Assembly: GCF_036321535.1 (NCBI RefSeq)
Contig: NC_087447.1
Location: 48,238,001 to 48,302,000, forward strand
Length of the DNA: 64,000 nucleotides
Source: Camelus dromedarius
Lineage: Eukaryota
Direction of reading: 5' to 3'
The notes under the pieces are model-generated. The model saw nothing but the letters and a program-made list of their open reading frames with translations. It did no database searches and was not told where the DNA came from. Every line of letters begins with the position of its first letter. Position 1 is the stretch's first letter. This document shows positions 14,390 through 25,189 of this stretch, piece by piece. The translations under genes were made by a program, and so were the position numbers.

Positions 14390-15819
14390 ATAAATGGTGT
14401 TGGGAAAACTGGACAACCACATGCAAAAAAATGAAATTAGACCACTATCTCACACCATACACAAAAAACTCAAAATGGATTAAAGACTTGAATGTAAGAC
14501 TTGAAGCCTTGAAATGTCTAGAAGAAGGCATTGGCAGTATGTTCTTTGACATCGGTTTGAGCAGTATCTTTCTAGATGTGTTACCTCAGGCAAGGGAAAC
14601 AAAAGCAAAAATAAACAAATGGGACTACATCAAAGTGAAAAGCTTCTGCACAGCAAAGGAAACCATCAACAAAACAAAATATCAACCTACTGAATAGGAG
14701 ATCTTTGCAAATATTCGATAAGGGGTTAATATCCAAAATATATAAAGAACTCATACAACTCAATAACAAAAAACAACCTGATTAAGAAATGGGCAGAAGA
14801 GCTGAATAGATATTTTTCATAAAGAAGACATACAGATGACCAACTGGCACAGGAAGAGATGTTCAACAGCACTAATTATTAGGGAAATGCAAATCAAAAC
14901 TACAATGAGATACCACCTCACAACTGTTAGAATGGCTGTTATTAAAAAGGCAAAAAATAACAAGTGTTGGTGATGATATGGAGAAAAGGGAACCCTTGTG
15001 CACTGTTGGTGGGAATGCAAATTTGTGCAGCCACTATGGAACACAGTATGGAGATTCCTCAAAAAAATTAGGAATAGAACTACCATATGATCCAGCTATC
15101 CCACTTCTGGGTATTTATCCACGAATATGAAGACACTAATTTGAAAATATACATGCACACTTACATTCATTACTGCATTATTTACAATAGCCAAGATATG
15201 GAAACAACCTATGTGCCCATTAATGAATGAATGGATAAAGAAGATGTGGCATAACAAAATTTTTTAAAAAGATGTAATATATACAATGGTGTGTGTGTGT
15301 ATATATACGTATCTAAAAATTCTTTTAAAGATGTAGTATATATGTGTGTGCATATGTATATATATACACATATGCACACACATATATATATATACACACA
15401 CAATGGAATACTGCTCAGCCATTAAAAACGATGAAATCTTGCCATTTGTGACAACACGGATGGACCTTGAGGTTATTATGCTAAGTAGAATAAGTCAGAT
15501 GCAGAAAGACAAATACTATATGATTTCACTCATATGTGGAATATAAAAAACAAACAAAAAAATGAAATAAATGAACAAACCAAATTAAACAAAAAACTCA
15601 GATACAGAGAACAGTAGTTATCAAAGGGGAAGGGGCAGAGAGGAGAGCGAAATGGGTAAAGGGGATCAACACTATGGTGACAGGTGGGAACTCAATAGTT
15701 GGTGGTGAGCACACTGTGGGGTATACAGAAATAGAAATATAATGTACACATGACATTTATAAAATGTTAGAAACCAATGTTACCTCAATAAAAGTAAATC
15801 AAAAAAAATTAAAATTAAA
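14390..15819 (+). mobile_element. 5'-truncated L1 (end of ORF2 plus 3' UTR)
   Basis: ORF2-like peptide [28 protein letters not shown] and A tail. 17-bp TSD aaatgtaattg(t/a)atttt at 14373-14389 and 15820-15836. Confidence 0.93.
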
Positions 15820-15951
15820 AAATGTAATTGAATTTTTTAAAGTACTGAGACACTTCATGCCAGGCCACAATGATCCTTCTTATTCCACAACTCTTTAATT
15901 CTTATAGCTTGTGCCACTCCTCCATTAAGCACTAATCATATGCTACCTTCT

Positions 15952-16340
15952 ATTTTTTTTTCAGTTGGAGTATAGTTGGTTTACAGTGTGTTGTGTTAAT
16001 TTCTGGTAGATAGTATAGTGATTCAGTTATACATATACATATTATATATATATATTCCCTTTCATATTGTTTTTCATTGTAGGCTATTACAAGGTATTGA
16101 ATATAGTTCCCTGTGCTATACAGTAGGATCTTGCTGTTTATGTATTTTAGATATAGTAGTTAGTATCTGCAAGTCCCAAACTCCCAATTTATCCCTCCAT
16201 CCCCTCTTTCCCTTCTGGTAACCACAAGTTTATTTTCTATGTCTGTGAGTCTGTTTCTAGTTTGTAAATAAGTTCATTTGTGTCATTTTTTCATATTTCA
16301 CATATAAGTGATATCATATGGTATTTTTCTTTCTCTTTAC
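15952..16340 (-). mobile_element. Cetartiodactyl-type L1 3' end
   Basis: Reverse copy containing ttccctgtgctatacagtagg. Confidence 0.85.
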
Positions 16341-16629
16341 TGCAGAATAAATATGCAAAAATCAGATGCATTTCTATACTGTATTGTTAGCCCTCACTTT
16401 TTTTTTTTTTTTTTTTTTTGTAATGCAGGTGTCTGACTTAAGCTTTCATTGCCTAGACATTTATTTCAAAGAGGCATTCACTTCAAAGATGGCTATCTCA
16501 AATGGGCTATAAAGTAAATAAAGAGCCAGGCCAGGCTAACTGCCCCTACTAAGACTCCTTCGTTTTAGAGATCTTGATTTCAATAACTGACCATTTGGGC
16601 TGTTTTTTCCTTCTATGCTTTAAATTCCC

Positions 16630-17470
16630 TGCTCTAATAGCCCAAAAGTGAAAACAACCCAAATGTCCATTAACTGATGAATAAGTAAACAAAATCTGAT
16701 ATATCCACATACTGAAATATTGTTCAGCCATAAAAGAGAATGAAGTGCTGATAATAAAACAACCTGGATGAAACTTGAAAGCATTATGCTAAGAAGCCAG
16801 ACACAGAAGGCCACATATTAGCCTTTCATTTTGGAGCAGTGAGATGATCTGGCATTAGATAGTGGTGATGGTTGCACAACACTGTAAATATAGTAGAAAC
16901 CACTAAGCTGTATAGTTTAGAAGGGTGTTATGATATGTGAATTATATCACAATAGAAAGTAAAAATAAATAATTACAAATACTTTTATGTGCAAGCATTG
17001 TCGCAGGTATGTTTTCTTCTTTTTCATTCTGAATGAAGATAGGGTGAAAAGGGAGTTTTAATATTCATTAACTGGATGTTTATGTTAATGTTTATGTTTC
17101 TCAAAAAGTCAAAACTATGGAGACAGTAAAAGGATCAGTAATTCAAAGACAGGGAAGGTTGAATAGGTGATTTTTAGGGCAGTGAAACTACTCTTTATGG
17201 TATTGTAATGGTGGATAAATGTCATTACACATTTGCTCAAATTCATAAAATGTACAATACCAAGAATGAACTATGATAAACTATGGTTTTTGGGTGACAA
17301 TAATATATCAATGTCAGTTCATCAGTACTAACAAATGTACCACTCTGGTGGGAAATGTTGATTATGGGAGAGGTTACATATGTGTTGAGCAGGAGATACA
17401 CGGGAAATCTCTGCACCTTCCTCTCAATTCTGCTATAAATATAAAACTGCTCTAAAAAAAGAATCTATTA
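16630..17470 (+). mobile_element. Old L1M 3' UTR fragments
   Basis: taatagcccaaaagtgaaaacaacccaaatgtcc and ggtggataaatgtcattacacatttg motifs. Confidence 0.7.
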
Positions 17471-17582
17471 AAAAGTAACAGTACAACAAATGCCCATGAA
17501 CTTATTCTCAAGTCTGCATACATTGTTTACTGCACTTCAACATGTATTATGGACAAATGAAATACAAGGCAATGTGCTTTGC

Positions 17583-17886
17583 AGACATAGTAAACAATTT
17601 TATAGTTCCTGGGGGAAAGAAGGTGGGAAGGAATAAATTTGGGAGTTGGAGATTTGCAAATGTTAACCACTATATATAAAAATAGATGAAAACCAAATTT
17701 CTTCTGTATAGCACAGTAAACTATATTTGAGATCTTGTAGTGACTTTTAATGAAGAAGAATATGAAAACGAATATATGTATATATATGCATGACTGGGAC
17801 ATTATGCTGTATACCAGAAATTGATACATTGTAACTGACTATACTTCAATTTAAAAATAAATAAATAGACAAATTGAAAAAAAAAA
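17583..17886 (+). mobile_element. Cetartiodactyl-type L1 3' end
   Basis: Same family; flanks caatgt(g/a)ctttg. Confidence 0.85.
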
Positions 17887-18953
17887 TAAGTCAATGTACT
17901 TTGTTCTGAAGAAAGGGGAGAGAAAAAAAACATGAAGGTCAACTTCACATAAACAAATCCTGTCTTATTTGGTTCCCCATACCTATTACCATTGATTTAC
18001 TATATGCTTTAGGAGGCAAAGTAAGTTTATTTTTGTAATCCCCAAAGTCAATTTAGCTCTCAGTAACAAAAAACAAAATAAATTTCTAAAGACATTTCTA
18101 ACTTCTTTGCTAAATCTCTTCTTTCTATACACTAAACATTTTACATTAAAAATGTATAATAAACAGATAAACAGTTGTTTATTTGGGAACTTAATAAATT
18201 AGCAATTTATTATCCAAACAATGAGGTACTTGTGGGGATAGTTTGACATTTATTCTGCCATTGGGGAGGTTACAATGTAGTTGAAGAGAAAAGACATACG
18301 AAAAGTTAAATAATAAAGATTTGAACAACATTTCAAAACAATAGAGATCTCACAAAGCACTGCATGACCAATTGCCAAATAAAGTACAAAGGCAATTTAC
18401 CAGTGTAAGGGATTAGAGGAGACAGAGTTACCTCGTGATCCATCATGTTTATGACAAGGGTGAAATCTCAGCTGCATCTTGGCAAACTGGCAGAATTTAA
18501 CTAGATGGGAGAGAAGGAGAAAAAGGTAAAAGTACTGAAACTTGTATAAAAATCTTTTAATAACTATAAAGAACCAGTGTAAATATATATCTTCAAGTCT
18601 CTTGAATATCATTACTATTAGGACTCTCCCCTTGGGATAAAAATGCCAGCACTGGACAGTAGATTCAGGCTGAAAATTCTCATTATTTTCATAAGTAAAA
18701 GCAAGAAGTTTCCATATCACTGTTCCTAAAATCTGTCTTCCTGGCTTCATCTGACATGGTAATTATTATTTTTGTTGCCCAGATCTGAGACTCTCAAGGT
18801 TAGTGCTCAGTCTTTTGAGAGGAGACTAGCAAGAGCATCTACATTGCAGCTGTAGTCCAACATGGACAACATGTGCCCTTTGTCCACACTCCACTGTAGT
18901 CTAGCGAGGGGGAAAAAAAAGACACTGTTTGCTTTGTTATCCATTTACTAACA

Positions 18954-19370
18954 TTATCAGTTAGGACTCTTTCACCAGGAAGAAAGAGAAAACTCAACTC
19001 CAAATAGTTTAAACAATACAGCAAGTCATATAAAGAAGTTCCAAGCTAGAGCAGCTTCAGAGTTGGTTAATTTCCATCCAGCAATGTCTGCAAAGACCAG
19101 CTTCTTTTGTCTTTCTGCTCTGCTTTCCTCAATATATTGACTTTGCCCTTAGATACTAGCTTCCCCAATAATCACAAGATGGCTGTCATAGTTCAAGTTG
19201 ACACATCTAGACACTATAAAGTCCAAAGAGAGGAGATCCTTCTATGTATCTCTAAGTGAAAAATTTTCCTTAGAATCTCCCAAGCAGACTCCCCATTACA
19301 TCTCACTGGCCAGAATTTCTTCATATACCCATCCTAAATCTGTCACTGGCCAAGAGAAATGGAATTACTA
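18954..19370 (-). mobile_element. MaLR (MLT1-like) solo LTR
   Basis: Begins ttatcagttaggactct; contains caagatggctg and ctcactggccagaa. Confidence 0.65.
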
Positions 19371-20809
19371 TGACAAAAACAAAAGGGTATGGCTGTGTGG
19401 AGGGAGATGGATTATTATAATAAAATTACAATTTTGTAATACGGAAGAAAAAATGGAAAGTGATATTTGGCAGTCCACCACCAATGTTCACTACGTTAAC
19501 ACACAAATTCAGTTTCAAGTATGCTCTGCCCTGAGACAGTCATTTATGAATTCTACAGACACTTTTACCTGCTGTATACCAAGCACTGTGGTTTCCTATT
19601 GGAAAGATAAGGCAGAAAAAGATTTGGTCCATATTCTTGAGTTTATATCAATCTCTTGGTAAGACAGATATGTAAAAAAAAATGTAAGTTAGAATGAAGT
19701 AAGTAATAGAGATGCAGGTACATTGAAACACTATTTAACTTGCAAGATCTGATAAGAAGAGTATATTATGATCTATAGACTTCAGAAATCATGTATATAT
19801 TTCATATTTCATCCACCACTTTGAAACTTAATAAGATATGCGTGAATCTTACTTTCTCCCTCCAAAAAGAACAGGATTTATCTGCTAATTTGATGAGTTT
19901 TCTATTTGCATTTTATTACAGCCAGAGCCCAAGAGAAGAACCACTGGTGATGATTAGCATTTTTACTACATCCCTTTTGTATTATTTGATAGAGAACATA
20001 ACATTAGTATCTGAACTACTAACCCGTTTTACCTATAAACTCATAAATTAGAGAAGGAAATTATTCACACTGCAAAACAATTCATCAGTTACAAAAGGGT
20101 CACAGGCTTCCTTTAAGTACATCTTCTCAAGTGTTTGTTTAGAGATCATTAAATTCCATTAAATTCTTAACAGAAGGCAAAACCAAAAGCTCAAGTATAA
20201 TAAACCACTATTGATTAAATATCAATCACAAATTAAGATAAAGCAAGTTTGAAATTATAATGAGAAAAGGGCATTTAGGTGTCTAGCTTTCTAATTTTTA
20301 GCTTGACCATAGAGAGAAAAAGTACTGGACAGTCCTGTTCAATACCAGCTATTTATACTTTGGTAACACTGAACAGGCAAAAGCCATGCAGATTCCAAGA
20401 CAAAGCTTTACTTCAGAAGTAGGACTCTGTTGTTCTTACAAATAAAAATATCTGAAAGGGACCAAAACTCAAAATTCAAAGAAACAAACTACAGAGAGAT
20501 TGACAGTCAGTTCTACATAGCAATATTTCTATACATATAATTTTCACTTGCTTACATATAATTTCAGTGTCCTGCTTTATATCTTCTAATATTATAAATT
20601 CTTTGAGGATACACCTTCAGTTTGAACTACAAAACCTAGCCCAATGTTTTACTCTTATGGTATTCAATAAATACACATTAAGCTGGAATAATGAATCAGC
20701 TGATCATCTAGCTAATTTTTACTAGAGACCATAAACCAGGTAATCCAGGCAATAAAATCTCACTTTAGGCCTTAAACTTTATATAATATTAGTCATTTAT
20801 ACTGATAAT

Positions 20810-21033
20810 ATTTTTTAATTGAAATATAGTTGATTTACAATGTTTCAGGTATACAGCAAAGTGATTCAGTTATATAAATATATATTCTTTTTCAGATTCT
20901 TTTCCATTTAGTTTATTACAATATGTTGAATATAGTTCCCTGTGCTATGTAGTGGGTCCTTGTTATTTATCTATTTTATGTATAGTAGTGTGTATCTGTT
21001 AATCCCAAATTCCAAATTCATCCCTCCCCCCCC
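20810..21033 (-). mobile_element. Cetartiodactyl-type L1 3' end
   Basis: Same family, reverse orientation. Confidence 0.8.
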
Positions 21034-21182
21034 TAAAAAAAGTGTATTTTTTAAAAATTCTGGTTTTGAATAGAACACTGGATTTTAGTCCAGCTATCAT
21101 TAATTTCTAGTGACCTTGAGCCCTCAGGCTCCCTACTCTCAATACACATCAATTTCTCCATCTCTAAAATGAGATGGGGCAT

Positions 21183-22403
21183 ATGACCTTGGATTTGGCA
21201 ATGGTCTTTTTTCCTTCTTTTCTTTCTTCCTTCCTTCTTTCCTTGCTTCCTTCCTTCCTTCCTTTTTTTTTTTTTTAAGCCTAAGACTTTATTTGCCATC
21301 CAAGACCTGGCGTCCCATTACTACTTGCCCTCCTGCAAAGGCTCAGAAGATCTTCACCGACTCTGGCTGCAGGTCCCTGCCCACCTCAGTAGTTTCTTAC
21401 ATATGACACCAAAAGCACAGGCAACAAGAGAAAAAGCAAATAAATTTGACTTGGCTAAAATGAAAATTTTTTTGTGTATCACAAATACAATCCACAGAAT
21501 GGGAGAAAATATTTGCTAATCATATATCTGATAAGGGTTTAGTATCTAGAATATATAAATAACTCCTATAATTCAACAGTTCAAAAATGGGCAAAGGACT
21601 TGAATAGAAATTTCTCCAGAGAATATATACAAATGACCAATAAGTACAAGGAAAGATGCTCAACATCATTTGTCATTAGGGAAAGGCAAAACAAAGTTAC
21701 CATGAGATACCATTTTATACCTACTAGGTTGGCCATACAAAATAAAAATAAAAATTGGAAAATAACAAGTGTTGGTGAAGATGTGGAGAAATTGGAGCCC
21801 TTATCCATTGTCTGTGGGAATGTAAAATGGTATGGCTGCTGTGGAAAACAATATGACAGTTCCTCAAAAAGGTAAAACATAGAATTACCGTATGACCCAG
21901 CAATTCCACTCCTAAGTATATACTCAAAAGAACTGAAAGCAGGGAATCAAACAAAATACTCTTATGGGAGTGTTCACGGTAGTGTTATTCACAATAGCCA
22001 AAAGTTAGAAACATCCAAGTGTCCATTAGCTAAGGGATGGATAAACAAATTGTAGTATATACATACAATGGAATATTAGTCAGCCATAAAATGAAATGAA
22101 GTACTGATACATGCTATAATATGGATGAACCTTAAAAACATTATGCTAAGGAACTAAGTCAGACACAAAAAATGACATATATTGCATAATTCCACTTACA
22201 TGAAATATCTAGAATAGGCAAACTCAAAGAGACAGAAAACAAGATTAGAGATTACCAGCGGATGGCCAAAGAGGTAATGGGGAGTTATTGCCTCATCAGT
22301 AGAGTTTCTGTTTGGAATGACAAAAAATTTTGGAAATTATAGATAATGATGGTTGCACAATATTGTGAATGTAATTAATACCATTTTAAAACGGTTAAAA
22401 TGG
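21183..22403 (+). mobile_element. L1MB-like L1 (ORF2 end plus 3' UTR), interrupted by a retrocopy and later insertions
   Basis: ORF2-like peptide ...RCSTSFVIRERQNKVTMRYHFIPTRLA and a typical 3' UTR. Confidence 0.85.
21211..21386 (-). pseudogene. 5'-truncated retrocopy of an unidentified mRNA 3' end, inserted in an L1
   Basis: Minus strand reads ...GGATGGCAAATAAAGTCTTAGGCTT-A14, then (GGAA)n. It interrupts a continuous L1 ORF2 sequence, with degenerate TSD caatggtctttt / cagtagtttctt. Confidence 0.7.
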
Positions 22404-22790
22404 ATTTGCAGCAAGATGGATGGACCTGGAGGGTATTATGCTTAGTGAAATAAGTCAGAGAAAGACAGACTGTATATTTTCACTTACATGTGGAATCTGA
22501 AAAATAAAACAAATGACTATAACAAAACAGAAACAGACTTACAGATACAGAAAACAAATTAGTGGTTACCATTTGAGAGAGGGGTGAGGGAGGGGCAAGA
22601 TAGGTTAAGCGTATTAAGATGTATGAACTACTAGATACAAAATAAATAAGATACAAGGATGTAATGTATAATACAGAGAATATAGCCAATATGTTACAAT
22701 AACTTTAAATGGAGTATAATCTATGTTGTAAACTTGAAACCAATATAACATTGTAAATCAACCATACTAAAATAAAAGTAATAAAAATGG
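22404..22790 (+). mobile_element. L1MA9-like L1 3' end
   Basis: atttgcagcaagatggatggacctggag...ttgtaaatcaaccatact plus A-rich tail. Confidence 0.8.
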
Positions 22791-22793
22791 TTA

Positions 22794-22925
22794 GGAGGGG
22801 GAGGGTATAGCTCAAGTGGTAGAGCACATGCTTAGCATATCCGGAGTGCTGAGTTCAATCCCCAGTATCTCCTCTAAATGTAAGTAAGTAAATAAACCTT
22901 AATACCTCCCTCTCAAAATACAAAA
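22794..22925 (+). mobile_element. tRNA-Ala-derived SINE (camelid Vic-1-like)
   Basis: GGTATAGCTCAAGTGGTAGAGC...GTTCAATCCCCAGT head with A/B boxes, A-rich tail, aaaa(ta)tggtta flanks. Confidence 0.85.
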
Positions 22926-23029
22926 TATGGTTAAAAAGAAAATGCTACATACATTTTCACACACACAAACACACAAATGAAAAAACAACAAAAAATCCCC
23001 CCAAAAACCTGGGCTTAGGACTTGGTAAA

Positions 23030-23132
23030 ACAGTTCACATTTCTGACTGCTGTGCCAATTGTAATTATTAATAGTATCCCCTTAGGCTTTCAAAGCTGTC
23101 CCAGTGTGAACAATAAATTATATGGTCACCCT
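23030..23132. mobile_element. MER94-like hAT fragment
   Basis: Ends in ataaattatatggtcaccct. Confidence 0.55.
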
Positions 23133-23199
23133 ATGTCTAAGGATCTGATTTTAAGCGGTTCTGAGATCCTAACCACACGGCATTAGGACCTTGGAAAGG

Positions 23200-23850
23200 T
23201 TTTGTGATGACATCACTTCTGTAAAACTAAAACCTTTTAGAGAACTGGAAGCAGCGCAGATCTCTGCGCTTCACACCAACGCCCCTTATCAAGCGGCAAA
23301 TCGCTCTTTCCATTGGGTCGGGATAACGCTCGACTAAGGATAGACACTGCGAGGGTATAAGAGGAGGCTTAAGAGCAAACGACCCCACCCTCCTCTGCCC
23401 AGCCACACTCAGCATGGCTGCCCCTGTTCTAAGTGGGGGAGGGAAGCACCACGTCTCCCAGGCTCCAAAGGGGCGGGCCCTAGGAGCCAAACGAGCTTCA
23501 GCGAACCAATGGGGAGAGGCTGGGGGCGGGAACTTGCCGGAGGCGTGGGCAAGGGGGACGTGTGGGTAGCTTGGGCCCGGCGCGCCTTCTGGGCATTTGA
23601 GGTTGCCACGTTATTCCCAGTTTTTGTGGCTGGATTTTGCCCAGTAGGGTGCCAACGTCAGCGCTTCCGGGTTGAACTTAAACGGAGCTGATGAGTCCCC
23701 ACCCTATCTAGTGCTTGTCCCTCCCCGTCAAAGCCAGCCCTTGTCTATACCCAGCTAGCCCCTCCCTCGCTTTTGAGATGACTCATATTTATATCCTACT
23801 CCACGTTAAACTGGCGGCACCAGGTGTGGCCTAAGACGTTTGAACTTAAA
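23200..23850. promoter_or_regulatory. Orphan CpG-rich promoter-like element
   Basis: About 30 CpGs in ~600 bp by hand count. ATTGG 23312, CCAAT 23506, GC boxes 23471 and 23523, ETS CTTCCGG 23664, AP-1 TGACTCA 23779. No coding exon found. Confidence 0.7.
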
Positions 23851-23886
23851 TGATTTTTTTTTCCTGATTATAAAAACATACTTAAA

Positions 23887-24021
23887 GGAGAAGGTATAGC
23901 TCAGTGGTAGAGTGCGTGCTTAACGTGCAGGAGGTCCTGCGTTCAATCCCCAGTACCTCTATTAAAAATAAATAAATAAATCTAATTACCTCTCCCCCCA
24001 AAACAAACGAACAATAAAAAA
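23887..24021 (+). mobile_element. tRNA-Ala-derived SINE (Vic-1-like)
   Basis: Same head and CTAATTACC tail; TSD taaaaacat on both sides. Confidence 0.88.
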
Positions 24022-25057
24022 TAAAAACATGTTCATAGTGTGGAAAACTGAGGAACTGCGAAAAACATAATGAAAATTAAAATGCCATTATACGACCAAC
24101 AAGAAATAATCATGATTAATTTTTGTCATTCTTCCTTTTCCCCCCATGTATCTATTTTAACACAATTAGGGCAATGCTGTATAGTTACGTATTGTTTGTT
24201 ACCAACCAAGTATATTTTTCTTCCTTCATTTTAATTGAATATATAGTATAAAATATTCCACAGCTGAATGTGCTGTAATTTTCATATTTCTCCAATGGGC
24301 ATTTGAACACTTGGAACTAGCAGATTGAAGGTTGGGCAGGTAGATAAGAAGAGACAGCTAAGAACTGGCTAGTCTGCAACATGATCTTCCCTCGTAAAGT
24401 GGTTCCACAAGAATTAAAAGACTTTAGAGCCTTTAGAGTCTTAGGACTCTGGAGTATTACAATCTTGAGAAACTCAGAATCATATTATCTTGGTGTGGTA
24501 AGGACCTCTGAAGAAACAAATCCAAACTTTCACCAAAAAGTAGGAGTATCTAACAATCAGAGCCTTCTCAAAAGTTGGGTGGTTTACATTTAAAATGTCA
24601 CCACTTTCTAGATGTACTCAGTCTTTCTCCTGTGTTAAAATAGCTGTAACATTTTTTCATAAACTGGTCAAGATTTTCCAGCCCCAACTTCTTCCTTTCT
24701 AGGAGTTTTCCTGGGTATCTAAATGTTGTTCTTCTTGCACTACAGTTTCTAATTAGGCAGATAAACAGGGGGAAATGGGAGTTTTCCATGGATTTATCCA
24801 CTTATTTAGAGAAATAAGTCTTGATCTCTTGATTCCTTCCATGGGACTTTCCATGGAGGTAGAGGGCCTGACTGTTCAGCGTCTCTGTAATAATGATAAA
24901 TTAGCTTGAATGTGGGTCTTCAGCTATCAATTATCAAATGAGATAATGCTGAGAGGTAGAGGTTGGATGAGAGGAGCATTGGGCTAGGAGACTAAAAACC
25001 TGAGTCCACTTTCTAGCTATGTGATATTGAGCGAGTCACTTCAATTCTCTGAGTCTT

Positions 25058-25189
25058 TTTGAGGGGTGGGGAGGAGGGGAGTAGTAATTAGGTTTATTTA
25101 TTTTTTTTAATGGAGGTACTGGGGATTGAACCCAGGACCTCCTGCATGCTAGGAATGTGCTCTACCACTGAGCTATACCCTCTCCCCAT
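25058..25189 (-). mobile_element. tRNA-Ala-derived SINE (Vic-1-like) inserted in a MIR
   Basis: Reverse copy; TSD aattct(c/t)tgagtctt at 25043-25057 and 25190-25204. Confidence 0.88.

Noticed and set aside
14431..15546. ORFs with L1 ORF2-like peptides (also 21600-21875)
   Set aside because: Broken remnants of truncated L1 copies.
16398..16630. Possible antisense retrocopy after the poly(T) run
   Set aside because: The nearest AATAAA is about 40 nt from the tail, and I found no convincing TSD or parent.
19198..19662. 154-aa ORF, the longest in the window
   Set aside because: TTG start, begins inside a MaLR LTR remnant, no recognisable domain or splice support.
23815..23832. CTCF site (gcaccaggtgtggc)
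   Set aside because: Three mismatches to the core consensus.
23887..23960. tRNA-Ala gene (also the four similar copies)
   Set aside because: Substitutions in the stems and anticodon arm, shared non-tRNA tails and TSDs mark these as SINEs.
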